This document shows, one piece after another, positions 8,616 to 18,374 of a stretch of 64,000 bases of DNA (the first letter of the stretch is position 1; the number at the start of each line of letters is the position of its first letter). The stretch spans positions 1 through 64,000 of IMG/VR virus record IMGVR_UViG_3300017987_000001, one strand, 5' to 3'. The notes under the pieces are model-generated. The model ran no database searches and had not been told where the DNA came from. It saw only the letters and a program-made list of their open reading frames with translations. A program made the position numbers and the translations under genes.

Positions 8616-9728
8616 TCACCACCCCTCTTTCGTTCTGGCGTCGTTGCGATGCGCGAATATGTAGAAGCCGGTTTGCGCCCCGGCCATAACAAGGATGAAG
8701 ACAATGTACGTCCATCCCGGCGGCTCTACGCTGAGATAGTCGAACTTGTCCCAGTCCTTGATGATGTAGTTCGCCCGCACCTCCTTCTCGATCACCGGGA
8801 TCATGCCAGCCTCCAACGGCATGTCCCGAAGGAGCATTTCGAGATTGCGCTTCACGATCTCCTGCTCGGTCCAGCCGAACACGTAGACCCATTCGGGAAC
8901 CTGTCCAGCGAGTCCGGCCACGCAGATGACGAGGTCGTTCTTCTTACCGCCCAACCACTTCGCCTCCTGCTGCTGCCCGACGAACGAGTCGGTACCGGGT
9001 TCGAACCCGGCCATGACTACGTTCACCTTCTTCACAGGACCAAGCCGCGCGTTCATCTGATCCCACTTGTAGAGATCAACGGCACGCGCCGTACCCAGCA
9101 AGCGGCCTGAGCGCCAGATACTTGGGTTCCCCGGATAGTCATATACGGGCGCGTCTTCCGGAACTGCAGCGAACTTGAATACGCTCGGCGACGCCTGCAC
9201 CCGGTTCGTCCACCGTTTGGTAGTCGTGACGGGAATAACGTGTCCACTCTTGTTGCGGATCACATAGATGTTTGGATCGCCGCGTACCAGTCCGGACTTC
9301 CACGCCTTGGTCTTGACGGGCGCGCAATCGAACTTCTTGGAGAAGTCGTTGAATTGCGACTTGGAGATCCGGCAACCCATCATGAACCCAAGCGTGGTCC
9401 TGCACGTCCAGTGCTCTGAGTGCTCCCGATATCGCACAACGATGCGTGTGTGCGTTCTGCGGTTCTTTCCCGATCCGGTGGTGTACGTCTCGGTAGTCGT
9501 ATACCGCTCCTTCCACCACGGGTGGAACGTAGCTTGGGTCACGCGGCCCGACCATGTCTCAATATCGGACGTCATCGACGTCGCGATGGTGACATGGAAG
9601 GTAATGGCCAGCACGAAGCCGATCCCAGCTCCGGCCAGCCATTCCCACCACGTGACCTCTTTGTCCTTCACCCACAGGATCGCGCCCGCGACCACGGGGA
9701 TGAAGGCGAAGAGATAGAAGAACCACAT
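8616..9728 (-). CDS. membrane protein (2 N-terminal and 1 C-terminal TM)
   Basis: Hydrophobic termini, large extracytoplasmic loop; paired with the upstream LemA-like gene. Confidence 0.75.
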   Translation of the reverse strand: MWFFYLFAFIPVVAGAILWVKDKEVTWWEWLAGAGIGFVLAITFHVTIATSMTSDIETWSGRVTQATFHPWWKERYTTTETYTTGSGKNRRTHTRIVVRYREHSEHWTCRTTLGFMMGCRISKSQFNDFSKKFDCAPVKTKAWKSGLVRGDPNIYVIRNKSGHVIPVTTTKRWTNRVQASPSVFKFAAVPEDAPVYDYPGNPSIWRSGRLLGTARAVDLYKWDQMNARLGPVKKVNVVMAGFEPGTDSFVGQQQEAKWLGGKKNDLVICVAGLAGQVPEWVYVFGWTEQEIVKRNLEMLLRDMPLEAGMIPVIEKEVRANYIIKDWDKFDYLSVEPPGWTYIVFILVMAGAQTGFYIFAHRNDARTKEGW

Positions 9729-9731
9729 ACG

Positions 9732-10280
9732 CTACTCGAACAGGTCCACGTCGTCGTCGACGCCCGTCTCCATGGCCTTCTTGGCCCTCGTCGACGATAC
9801 GACGGTGATCTCGATCTCTGGACGCCCGCCGACGATCAGCGATGAAGGGAAGATCGTGCGCAGCGTATCGTGTTCGCGCTTGAGGTCGATCAGCTCCTTC
9901 TGCCGCATGGTCCAGCGGTCGCGCGCGGCCGTGACGATCGCCATCAGCTTCTCATATGTCTTGAGATCCTGATTCGGGATCGCTTCGTGCAGTGCGCTGA
10001 CGAGGCCGCCTTCCTTGACGCCGCCCCGCGCCTCCGCGTAGCCGGTGACGAGTTCGAGCGTCTTCTCGGCCTGTCGGTCCGTGATCTGGGCGGTCTGCTT
10101 GATCTTCTTCATCATGTTGTCCAGCTCGGACTCGTTGTCCATCACCTTGGCCTCGATGGCCCGCCTGAGGCGCACCTCCGCGTTGCTGGTACCGACCCAC
10201 CAGCTCAGCAGGATGATAAGGAACAGTACGACACAGCCGCCAATTGCCGTAGGGATGACCCACTTAGGGAGTTCGTTCAT
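9732..10280 (-). CDS. LemA-like membrane-anchored coiled-coil protein
   Basis: N-terminal TM, helical body, EAIPN..L and FPSS motifs; GAAGGAG SD. Confidence 0.6.
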   Translation of the reverse strand: MNELPKWVIPTAIGGCVVLFLIILLSWWVGTSNAEVRLRRAIEAKVMDNESELDNMMKKIKQTAQITDRQAEKTLELVTGYAEARGGVKEGGLVSALHEAIPNQDLKTYEKLMAIVTAARDRWTMRQKELIDLKREHDTLRTIFPSSLIVGGRPEIEITVVSSTRAKKAMETGVDDDVDLFE

Positions 10281-10358
10281 CGTCTCCTTCTTCCGATCCT
10301 TCCGACGAAGCGAACCCCGCCTCGCCGGTATCGCCCGTGAAACGACCGGGACAAACAA

Positions 10359-11441
10359 TCAGGCATTCTCTTCTTCCGCCATCATTTCGGAGCAGCTTTC
10401 GCAGAGGTTGTCTATGTTGAGGTCGTTCACGTTGAACTCGCCTCCGCACTCGCTGCACGTATCGAACTCCGCCGCACAATCCTCGCAGCGGTTGTTCCAG
10501 TCGAGACTGTCCACGTGCGTTTCGTCGCCACACTCCGCGCAGGGGCGGAAGTTTGCTTCGCAGTTCTCGCAGCGTCCGGAGGCGTTGAGTTCATCGGCGG
10601 GGAATGTGTTCCCGCAGTGCTCGCACTCCTCAGGCGCTTCGCAGTTCTCGCAGTAGCCGTCGTCGAGATCGTCGTCGCTGTGCCACGTGCCGCAGCCTTC
10701 GCAGCGTGACATGTAGTTGTCCCGACAATCCTCGCAGTAGCCGTCTTCGAGTTCGTCTTGGGTACGCGCAGAAGAGCAGCGATCGCAGAATACGCGGCAG
10801 CTCTCGCACAGCTCGTCGTCAAGCTCATCCGGCTCGAACATACCCTCGCACTCACGGCACGGGATCAATTCGTCCTCGTCGTCATCCGCGTCTTCTCCGG
10901 CCGAATCCCCGGATGTCTGGATGCGGATGTCGTTCAGGTTCAGGCCGTGTTCGAGACCACCCGTGCCATTCGTGCAAATGCAACGAAGCGTCGCCACCGG
11001 CAGTTGCACCGTGCGTAGTTCGATTTCCTCATCGAGGTGGAGATCGATTTCGAATGCGAGATACGCCACGTCGGCGACGGCGCGCATCGTATCGATATTG
11101 AGCCGGAACATGCTCAGCAACGCGAACTGTTCCGGCGAGAAGTGCACGAAGACGAATTCCGTGCCGTCGTGCAGCCTGTCGATGACCCCACTGGTCAGGT
11201 GCTTCCACATGTGCTCTGGAATCACCATGGCGTCGGGGTATGGATTGACCACAGATTCTGCCTCCGACAGATCTCCGACGTCGAAGTCCTCGAAGTCGAG
11301 AACCGCTGCGTCGCCCGTGAGTGCATCGACGGCATTCATGATCGGGCGCATACGGTCGGCCTCCAGATTGATCAGCGCGTAGAGTCTACTCGTGCCGTAC
11401 CACAGCATCGTAGCACAACCGAGAAATGGCTCGTTCGACAT
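10359..11441 (-). CDS. protein with C-terminal tandem acidic CxxC zinc-ribbon repeats
   Basis: About six units of CxxC-(11-13)-CExC. Confidence 0.75.
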   Translation of the reverse strand: MSNEPFLGCATMLWYGTSRLYALINLEADRMRPIMNAVDALTGDAAVLDFEDFDVGDLSEAESVVNPYPDAMVIPEHMWKHLTSGVIDRLHDGTEFVFVHFSPEQFALLSMFRLNIDTMRAVADVAYLAFEIDLHLDEEIELRTVQLPVATLRCICTNGTGGLEHGLNLNDIRIQTSGDSAGEDADDDEDELIPCRECEGMFEPDELDDELCESCRVFCDRCSSARTQDELEDGYCEDCRDNYMSRCEGCGTWHSDDDLDDGYCENCEAPEECEHCGNTFPADELNASGRCENCEANFRPCAECGDETHVDSLDWNNRCEDCAAEFDTCSECGGEFNVNDLNIDNLCESCSEMMAEEENA

Positions 11442-11451
11442 GATGTCCTTT

Positions 11452-12747
11452 CTAGCCTACTGAGAGTCCTTGCTCCAGCTCACGGTACCACTGCACCACG
11501 TCCGGATCGGCCTCTACGGCGTTTGCCGTGACCGGACGTACCAGCGACAAGCCGTCGAGCGTCTTGACGCGAGATAGCGCAACGTACACGTGACCCGGAC
11601 TGAAGCATTCCGATACGTCGCAGCGCATGGCGCTCAGCGTCATGCCTTGAGACTTGTGGATTGTGATAGCCCACGCGAGTTTCAGCGGGAACTGCTCCAT
11701 CGCAGCAACTTCCTTGTGCTGATGGTTGTACAAGCCCCACCGCTCGGGTTCGACGAATACGATCTCGCCGGTGTCCTTCTTAACCGTGATGGTGTCATCT
11801 GCCAGTTCCTCTATGACACCCCTCTCGCCATTGATGAACAGAGTCTCGACTGGCGGACCGTATTCGTACTTGTTCCGCGCGAACAGCACCGGAGCGCCCG
11901 GCTTCAGCCGAAGCTTGTCGGGCACGATGCAGTCGCGTGCCAGCTTGCTCCACAGGCGCTGGTCGCCGCTGAACTCGGCTTCGTACAGCTTCGCGGCGCC
12001 GGGCAGCTTCGCAAGCTCGCGGTTGTTGACGGCATCTACTGCCGCATTCTTCGCATACAGCTGGACAGGCAGCTTCAGCGGCGCACCGACGCGCGCGTTG
12101 AAGTAGTCGATGGTCTCGCTGCTGGGATTACCGTATCGGATCCCGTTCAGGTGACGGATGAACTCCTTGTCATCCTGCCTGAAGATCTTCGTCAGATAGA
12201 TGATCTTCGGGTTCAGCTTCTGCCACGACTTTGACGCTGGCGCGTACTCGTCGCGAACGGGCTGATCGTATCGAATCACCGGAGGCAGCTGAAGGAAGTC
12301 GCCGGAGAAGATCACCTGTATCCCTCCGAACGGCTTCTTCGTACCTCCGAGCAGTGTCCTGAGCCACCAGTCCATCATCGTGATGTAGTCCCCGCTGAGC
12401 ATGGAGACCTCGTCGAGGATGATGGTATCGAGAGCGCCGAGCTTCCAAGTCGCGCGATCGAGATTGAGCTTCCCGTGCTTGATCGCGACCTTCAGGTCAT
12501 CGACGCTATTGATGATGTTGGTGCCCAGACACGAGTGGATCGTGCACCCGCCGATGCGAACGGCGGCGATCCCTGTTGACGCGCACACGGCGAAACGTCT
12601 GCCCTGTAGCGTCAGCTCTTCGATGATTCGGTTGATCGTCTCCGACTTGCCGGTGCCCCCGGGACCGGTCAGGAAGATGCTCTCACCGGTCGTCACGCAG
12701 TCGAGTGCCTGTTGCTGCTCGTCACTCAACTGGAATGGCGTCTGCAT
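11452..12747 (-). CDS. Pif1-family SF1B DNA helicase
   Basis: TGPGGTGKS, ILDEVSML, GDFLQLPPV, QFPLKLAWAITIHKSQGMTL, YVALSR. Confidence 0.95.
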   Translation of the reverse strand: MQTPFQLSDEQQQALDCVTTGESIFLTGPGGTGKSETINRIIEELTLQGRRFAVCASTGIAAVRIGGCTIHSCLGTNIINSVDDLKVAIKHGKLNLDRATWKLGALDTIILDEVSMLSGDYITMMDWWLRTLLGGTKKPFGGIQVIFSGDFLQLPPVIRYDQPVRDEYAPASKSWQKLNPKIIYLTKIFRQDDKEFIRHLNGIRYGNPSSETIDYFNARVGAPLKLPVQLYAKNAAVDAVNNRELAKLPGAAKLYEAEFSGDQRLWSKLARDCIVPDKLRLKPGAPVLFARNKYEYGPPVETLFINGERGVIEELADDTITVKKDTGEIVFVEPERWGLYNHQHKEVAAMEQFPLKLAWAITIHKSQGMTLSAMRCDVSECFSPGHVYVALSRVKTLDGLSLVRPVTANAVEADPDVVQWYRELEQGLSVG

Positions 12748-13150
12748 CCTGTTCGGTCACCTCCTTCTTTTCGGTGAGCGCTTCGGCCACCCGCGCGGAC
12801 AGCTCTTCGATCTTCGCGCTGCGCTTCTCGCACTCCTCGCGCATCTTGTGCACGACCTCGCCGTGCCGATGATTCAGCTCCGCGATACGCCCCTCGAACT
12901 CCTTGCGCATTGCGTCAGCCGCTTCAAGCGCCTGCTCCAGAGCCGAGCGCTTCTGGGCAACGACAGCAGCCTGCTCTTCGAAACGCGACTTGTAGTCGGC
13001 AGCCATATCAAGGCTCGACTTCTTGAGCTTGGTCAGCTCGGCCTGCAGCTTCTCGATCTCGGCATCGCGCGACTTCACCGCGCGATCGTGCTCGTCTGCC
13101 GGTACGACGTCGGCGTGCTGCATGGTCTTCTTGGACTTGCCCTTCTTCAC
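12722..13150 (-). CDS. coiled-coil protein
   Basis: Heptad-rich, Lys-rich N-terminus. Confidence 0.65.
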   Translation of the reverse strand: MKKGKSKKTMQHADVVPADEHDRAVKSRDAEIEKLQAELTKLKKSSLDMAADYKSRFEEQAAVVAQKRSALEQALEAADAMRKEFEGRIAELNHRHGEVVHKMREECEKRSAKIEELSARVAEALTEKKEVTEQDADAIPVE

Positions 13151-13488
13151 GCCGTCGCTCCCTTCTGCAGCTTCTTGAGTTCCACCGCCACGACAATCAG
13201 TTCTGCCTTGGTATCCCGCAGTTCTTCTTTGAGTCGTTCGATATAGTCGTGCGCCTTCTTGAGGCTTCGATCACGGCGTCCGATCATATCGTCCTTCTGC
13301 TTGTGCCGGTTCTGGCACGCATTGAGCTTGCGCTGCAGCGCTGATACGTTGGCACGAAGGCCGTCCAGTTCGTCGAGAAGGTAGCTGAGATCATTCTGAC
13401 GAACCGGCACGGGGAACGGACTGCCTTCGGCCTTCAGCGAATCAAGCCCATTGGCTACACGTGCGCGAATGCTCTGGATCCTACTCAC
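13147..13488 (-). CDS. coiled-coil hypothetical protein
   Basis: GTG start overlapping the upstream stop. Confidence 0.55.
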   Translation of the reverse strand: MSRIQSIRARVANGLDSLKAEGSPFPVPVRQNDLSYLLDELDGLRANVSALQRKLNACQNRHKQKDDMIGRRDRSLKKAHDYIERLKEELRDTKAELIVVAVELKKLQKGATA

Positions 13489-13870
13489 TGATTGGGGTCC
13501 ACCCAACCAGTCGCCAGACCAGCATGTAGAGCTTCCCGCAGTCGTGGCACTCCCACGCTTCCTTGAGCTGCTGATTGGTCGTGACCTCGTCGTGCATAGG
13601 AGCAACGTTGTGCCCACCGCAGTGCGGACACGTTCGCGCGTCCTCTACTGCCTCCAGCTTGTCGTCCGACGTCTCTGGCTTCTTCTCCGCTCGTTCCTTG
13701 ATCTCAACATCGAGCTGCGACCGCATCCAGTGAACGTCCTCAGCGACGCTCACGACGGACGCGGCTAGCCCTTCGAGCACGATGAGTTCCCGGGACTTAC
13801 GCCCTCGGGAAGAGCTGGTCGAACCAGTCCCCCTCTTCTTCGCCTTCTTCTTCCTCTTCGCCTTTGCCAC
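13481..13870 (-). CDS. zinc-ribbon protein with Lys-rich N-terminus
   Basis: GTG-AKAKRKKK start, CPHC...CHDC. Confidence 0.55.
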   Translation of the reverse strand: MAKAKRKKKAKKRGTGSTSSSRGRKSRELIVLEGLAASVVSVAEDVHWMRSQLDVEIKERAEKKPETSDDKLEAVEDARTCPHCGGHNVAPMHDEVTTNQQLKEAWECHDCGKLYMLVWRLVGWTPISE

Positions 13871-14513
13871 AATCACCTTCCATTCCGCATATCGGTCGAA
13901 ACTCACAGCCCTCGCAGTCCGGCCCTTCCTCTGGATCGTCGTCGATGAGGATGCGCGAGTAGATCATCTTGTCCACGGGGGACATACGATCAATTACCTC
14001 ACACACCTGCACGAGCCACGCCTGCGCTTCGTTGAATGCACACTCGATATTGCCCGTCGTCTTGATCTTCTTCGACGCTACTGTCCTGACGGTCCGTGTG
14101 ATCGGATTCAGCAGTCCGTAGACCAGCAGAACGCCGTAGCGATCCTTGCGCGCGGGCTTGTCGAGCACAAGCGATACGATGTTGTGCTTGGCGCTCCGAA
14201 ACGCATATGCAAGCTTCGCGAAACTCGGGCTGGGGAGCGAACTGGTCACCTCTTCCATGTCGGACTGCTGAACCAGCGACCTGATGTCCGCTGCTTCGAG
14301 CGTATAGAAGATCTTAGTGCCGGGCTGAATCTCTTCGCCCAACCGCTTGCTCAGCTTCTGAGGATCCGTGAATGACTCATCGACAGCGTCGGCCTCATCG
14401 CGGAACACGTACGGTTGCCGGAAGATGCTCTTCCCGTCCCGGGATACCTGCAGCAAGTAGTCTCCCGTGACCGCTTCGAACGCGATCAGTCTGCTGATGT
14501 TGATGGTCGTCAC
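13797..14513 (-). CDS. degenerate Cas4/RecB-like (PD-(D/E)XK) protein
   Basis: C-terminal CEGCEFRPIC cluster motif and acidic tail; catalytic motif not evident; GGAGGAG SD. Confidence 0.4.
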   Translation of the reverse strand: MTTINISRLIAFEAVTGDYLLQVSRDGKSIFRQPYVFRDEADAVDESFTDPQKLSKRLGEEIQPGTKIFYTLEAADIRSLVQQSDMEEVTSSLPSPSFAKLAYAFRSAKHNIVSLVLDKPARKDRYGVLLVYGLLNPITRTVRTVASKKIKTTGNIECAFNEAQAWLVQVCEVIDRMSPVDKMIYSRILIDDDPEEGPDCEGCEFRPICGMEGDCGKGEEEEEGEEEGDWFDQLFPRA

Positions 14514-15058
14514 TTCTCCTCCAGTGAAGCTATACGTAACGTACGCGCAGCCTTCGGATCGACGCTCACAACAACGGACAGCAGGTGGTTCCAGAGTTCG
14601 TGCTCGTGGCAGTCTTCGAACGTGCCCTTCAGGAGCCGAACCGTGTTCTTGACGTACCGCTGTACCCATTCGCTGTCGAACGTCTTCACTCCGTCGCTGA
14701 GGTTGTCGATCCTGTCGGCGAGCTTGATCAGAAGTCCTTCCCGATCACGCGACGCGCAGATTCGATCGACCATTCGACTCTTGTTCTCGTAGTCCTTCAC
14801 GGTGAGCAGATCGACGAGCTGCTCCACCCGAAGCGGGAACTGTTCGATCCCATGGTCAGTATCTTCGAGGACGTCGTGAAGCAGGGCAGCAGCAACACCC
14901 GCCGCCGACACGTGTGGGAATACCAGCACGGCCACACGCAGCGGGTGCTGCACGAACGGCTCATGAACGCCTTTCCGGAACTGGCCTTCATGCGCCATCA
15001 CTGCCCATTTATACGCCTCGTGTATGAGGCCGCCCTCTTGGAACGGGAACTCACTCAT
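14510..15058 (-). CDS. HD-domain small alarmone hydrolase (Mesh1/SpoT-HD-like)
   Basis: AHEGQFRK, HPLRVA, LLHDVLEDT, IKLADRIDNL. Confidence 0.88.
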   Translation of the reverse strand: MSEFPFQEGGLIHEAYKWAVMAHEGQFRKGVHEPFVQHPLRVAVLVFPHVSAAGVAAALLHDVLEDTDHGIEQFPLRVEQLVDLLTVKDYENKSRMVDRICASRDREGLLIKLADRIDNLSDGVKTFDSEWVQRYVKNTVRLLKGTFEDCHEHELWNHLLSVVVSVDPKAARTLRIASLEEK

Positions 15059-15362
15059 GGATGGTTGCACTCGCATTCTGCTGTGCTCGCTGCTGATCCA
15101 GTCTACGCGGCCGTTGAATCACTACGTGGCTGCGCGGTATCGTGAGGATTTCCACGTTCGGTATCTTCGCCGTGCCAATCTGCGCACCGACGCTCATCAC
15201 AACCGAGCGCGTGCCGTCCGTGATCCCCTCCTTGCGATATGCCGGGCCTTCGTAGAGCACGAGACCCGTTATGCCTTTGGGGATCACCCGATCAGCTAGC
15301 GCAAACTTGACGGCGGTCTTGGGGATTCGGAAGTCCCTGACGACCCTTGCTACTAGATCCAT
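15051..15362 (-). CDS. hypothetical protein
   Basis: MDLVARV start; fills the operon gap. Confidence 0.5.
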   Translation of the reverse strand: MDLVARVVRDFRIPKTAVKFALADRVIPKGITGLVLYEGPAYRKEGITDGTRSVVMSVGAQIGTAKIPNVEILTIPRSHVVIQRPRRLDQQRAQQNASATIHE

Positions 15363-15549
15363 TCCTGTCCAATCTGTCCAGCGCGTCGCCGAGATCTTTC
15401 GACTCCTCTCGCTTGGTACTCTTTGCGGGTTCAGCCCACGCCCACTGAACGCCACAACTCGGGCAGTAGTTCCCGATCTGCATGTAGGCGTAGCCGGGGC
15501 GCTTAACCAACGCGCCACAGTGTCCGCAACGGCCTAGTGAGAACCGCAT
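15292..15549 (-). CDS. zinc-ribbon protein with GDALDRL motif
   Basis: CGHC...CPSC; AAGGAG SD. Confidence 0.6.
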   Translation of the reverse strand: MRFSLGRCGHCGALVKRPGYAYMQIGNYCPSCGVQWAWAEPAKSTKREESKDLGDALDRLDRNGSSSKGRQGLPNPQDRRQVCAS

Positions 15550-15550
15550 A

Positions 15551-16018
15551 TTACTCCTTCAGACTGAAGGCGACGACGGTGTTCTTCAGGATCTTCTTCA
15601 GCTGCGCGGAGATGCCCTTCTTCTCCGCCAGCTCCTCGATCGACTTCATGATGTTTCCGTCGTTGTGGCGCTCCGATGCCGCCTTGCAGTCGGCGAGGAA
15701 CTCCACGAGATCGATGAGGTTCATGTCATCGATACCGTTCTCGAAGTGCTCCGGATGATGCCGGTTACGCGCGTAGTGGTGCGCGAGAGCGTCGCCCAGA
15801 GCCTCCACCTTCTGCTGCTCATACTCTGGCGTGCCGAACGTCATCGCGTTCAGCTTCTCCGTGTTCGCTTCGAACTTCTCGCGCTCCGGCGATTCGAGCT
15901 TGGTGCTGTCGTGCTCGTTTGCCCGCTTCAGCAGTTCGACAACGAACAGGGTGAGGATTTGCACAACACGAGCCTTGTGCTTCCGCGTCTCACACGTCGG
16001 GCAGAAGTCTTCGCTCAC
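15551..16018 (-). CDS. DUF5662-like (HD-fold-related) protein
   Basis: HD..K, HHY..NRHHPEH, DL.E..AD motifs. Confidence 0.75.
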   Translation of the reverse strand: MSEDFCPTCETRKHKARVVQILTLFVVELLKRANEHDSTKLESPEREKFEANTEKLNAMTFGTPEYEQQKVEALGDALAHHYARNRHHPEHFENGIDDMNLIDLVEFLADCKAASERHNDGNIMKSIEELAEKKGISAQLKKILKNTVVAFSLKE

Positions 16019-16239
16019 GGCGTACCTCCTAGCTTCTTGATGCGCTCTTCGAGATACTCGGTGACAGCGTCCACGTCCTGTCGAGCAGCGTCGAGCGTAT
16101 CCTTCGCGTTCTCCAGCTCCATCTCCGCATTATCGAGGGCGCTACTCGCACCTTCGACAGCGTCCTTCACTCGCTTCAGCGCACGCTCGGTCTCGACAAT
16201 CGGCTTAGTGCGGCGCTTCCGCTTCTTCTTTTTCGCCAT
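16015..16239 (-). CDS. small coiled-coil protein, basic N-terminus
   Basis: MAKKKKRKRR. Confidence 0.6.
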   Translation of the reverse strand: MAKKKKRKRRTKPIVETERALKRVKDAVEGASSALDNAEMELENAKDTLDAARQDVDAVTEYLEERIKKLGGTP

Positions 16240-16540
16240 CCAGCTCTCCGGGGTCGATCAACCCCATGCCCTCGCTGCACAGGTCGCACAGCTGACTCCA
16301 CCCGGTCATGTAGTGAATCGACCGGTCATCCGGAGCATCCTCCCACGCCTGCTGGAGGATCTTCCAGAGTTCGTACAGCTTGTCGGGCGGCGAGTCGGCC
16401 GGGAGGTTCTTGAACTTGTCGAGCGCATTGCCCGCCGGGGATCCGCTGTAGAAGCGGACGAGCGGACGCACCACGTCGAAATGCTCATTGAAGAACCCGA
16501 TCCAGCCTTCCCGCGTCTGGTACCACTTATCGTTTGACAT
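16205..16540 (-). CDS. hypothetical protein
   Basis: MSNDKW start with GAGGAGG SD. Confidence 0.65.
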   Translation of the reverse strand: MSNDKWYQTREGWIGFFNEHFDVVRPLVRFYSGSPAGNALDKFKNLPADSPPDKLYELWKILQQAWEDAPDDRSIHYMTGWSQLCDLCSEGMGLIDPGELDGEKEEAEAPH

Positions 16541-16574
16541 CCGATCCTCCTCGATTGTTGAACGCGTCCAACTA

Positions 16575-16808
16575 TCAGAGCAGCTCGCTGCACTTGTCGA
16601 CAGCATTATTCAGGCTTCGCAAGCCGTACTCCAATTCGTCGACGCCGTCGTTGAGGCTATCGATGATATCCTCGACATCGCTGACTGCCTCACGCAGCTC
16701 GTCACGCTTCGCTGCGATCTGCTCCTTGAGTTTCTCTATCTTTTCAAGCCGCTGGCTGAGTGCAGCAACCCACGTAGGCTTCTCCGGCTTTACGCGCTTA
16801 GCTGTCAT
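16575..16808 (-). CDS. small coiled-coil protein
   Basis: Operon context, heptads. Confidence 0.6.
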   Translation of the reverse strand: MTAKRVKPEKPTWVAALSQRLEKIEKLKEQIAAKRDELREAVSDVEDIIDSLNDGVDELEYGLRSLNNAVDKCSELL

Positions 16809-17112
16809 CGCATATCACCAGCACTTCCGTTCCGTCCGGCTTGCCGTTGTGGGTCCAGCCAATGCCAACCCACTCGCGCCGCTCGCCGTGCAGCTCGATG
16901 GCGTGCGGAAGCTTGGGGCTATTGCAGACCGAGAGCCGCTTCAGCGTTGCGAACTTGATCGTCTTGCGTTTGCCTTTCCGCTTGGCGGTCTCTTCGTCGA
17001 AGATCTCCTTCTCCAGCTTCTTGATCTCCTGCTCGTGCCGACGGATGTCCGCACGCATCTGCCGAACGGTGCGTTTCTTCGCCTTCTTCTTCGCAACCTT
17101 CTTCTTGGCCAT
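16798..17112 (-). CDS. hypothetical protein, Lys-rich N-terminus
   Basis: MAKKKVAKKKAKK; TGATG coupling. Confidence 0.6.
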   Translation of the reverse strand: MAKKKVAKKKAKKRTVRQMRADIRRHEQEIKKLEKEIFDEETAKRKGKRKTIKFATLKRLSVCNSPKLPHAIELHGERREWVGIGWTHNGKPDGTEVLVICDDS

Positions 17113-17321
17113 CAGGCCCTCGAATTCAGGTTGAGGTTCAGCCACATGTCACCCTGTCCGGGGATCGTGGCAAAGCCGTGCGTCGTGGCGACCGTGATCG
17201 ACCGCCCGTTCTTGGACGGCCCGTGTCGCTCGGTCAGGTTGCACCGAATGATGAGAATGTCATCTTCGATCGTCATCCTGACGTTCGTTGGTGGCTTCTT
17301 TTCCTTCCTCGACTCCGCCAT
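17112..17321 (-). CDS. small conserved-type beta-rich protein
   Basis: GPSKNGRSITVATT.G motif. Confidence 0.6.
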   Translation of the reverse strand: MAESRKEKKPPTNVRMTIEDDILIIRCNLTERHGPSKNGRSITVATTHGFATIPGQGDMWLNLNLNSRA

Positions 17322-18150
17322 ACACGTCCCTTCTGATTCCCTTGTTCGTCTCGATCGCACCAAACATCGTATTCGGCGTGACGCCGATACTGTGTGCGAG
17401 ATCCGCAAACGCAGCCAAATCCTTGGGCAGGCACGCTCCGCCGAATCCGTACTTCCCGTCCGGTCCGGGCACCTGCGTGTGCATCTTGTTGACCCACCCA
17501 CTGGTGAGCATGCCCTGCAACACGCGACCGTAATCGATCTTCAGCGTGTCACACATGAGTGCCACTTCGTTCATGAACGACAGCTTCGTCGCGAAGAACG
17601 AATTGCAGGCACACTTGATCATGGCTGCCTCATCGTGCGAGACGATCAGGATAGGTGTATCCGCCTTGACCATGCTGCGGTAGATCGCCCACAGCGCCAT
17701 CGTCGCGAGCGTCTTGCTGTGCTCGTCGGTTCCGATGACCACGCGCGACGGCTTTGCGAAGTCGTCGCGTGCCGTACGCTGCGTAAGGAACTCGGGGTTC
17801 GAGATGAAGCGCTGCGCCGGGTACCTGCCGCGATACCCCTCCACGACGCCCGGAAGCACCGTGGACTTGATCACGATCGTACCGGGTTCACGCCCCTCTA
17901 CTCGCAGCTTCTGAATCTGCTTAACGACTGAATCGAGGATGACGAAATCCATCGAACCGTCGGAACGGGATGGCGTGGGCACGCAGACGAAGACGAACTC
18001 CTGCGTAGCGGCACGCTCGAAGCTCACCTCCGATCGATCCGGCTTGGCATCGTAGATGTAGGGGGTCAGCCCGTGGCGCGCGAAACCGTGCGCTACTGCA
18101 TCTCCTACGAATCCGTGACCGATGATCCCGATGCCCATCTCCATCTTCAT
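17260..18150 (-). CDS. ugd: UDP-glucose/GDP-mannose 6-dehydrogenase (short phage type)
   Basis: GHGFVG Rossmann, CVPTP, KSTVLPG, NPEFL, K..N.F...K..F.NE, GFGGACLPKD; lacks the C-terminal UDP-binding domain. Confidence 0.92.
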   Translation of the reverse strand: MKMEMGIGIIGHGFVGDAVAHGFARHGLTPYIYDAKPDRSEVSFERAATQEFVFVCVPTPSRSDGSMDFVILDSVVKQIQKLRVEGREPGTIVIKSTVLPGVVEGYRGRYPAQRFISNPEFLTQRTARDDFAKPSRVVIGTDEHSKTLATMALWAIYRSMVKADTPILIVSHDEAAMIKCACNSFFATKLSFMNEVALMCDTLKIDYGRVLQGMLTSGWVNKMHTQVPGPDGKYGFGGACLPKDLAAFADLAHSIGVTPNTMFGAIETNKGIRRDVYGGVEEGKEATNERQDDDRR

Positions 18151-18374
18151 GTACCATCCCCGTTCGTTTCGAGTTCGACCTCATCCACTTCGTGCTCGAT
18201 GTTCAGCCACTCGGCTTCCTCGCCGGTCTCAAGGGCTTCGAGCGCCATCGTGTGCGCGTCGTCCTTGTCGGCAGCCGTGACTGTGATCATTCCGTACGAG
18301 ATGCGACGTACGTACGCAATGTAAGTGTGCTCACTGGCTATGGCTTCTCTCCTTGTGTGCCCTACGACAATCAC
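18147..18374 (-). CDS. small acidic hypothetical protein
   Basis: ATGA coupling to ugd; start uncertain. Confidence 0.45.
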   Translation of the reverse strand: MIVVGHTRREAIASEHTYIAYVRRISYGMITVTAADKDDAHTMALEALETGEEAEWLNIEHEVDEVELETNGDGT

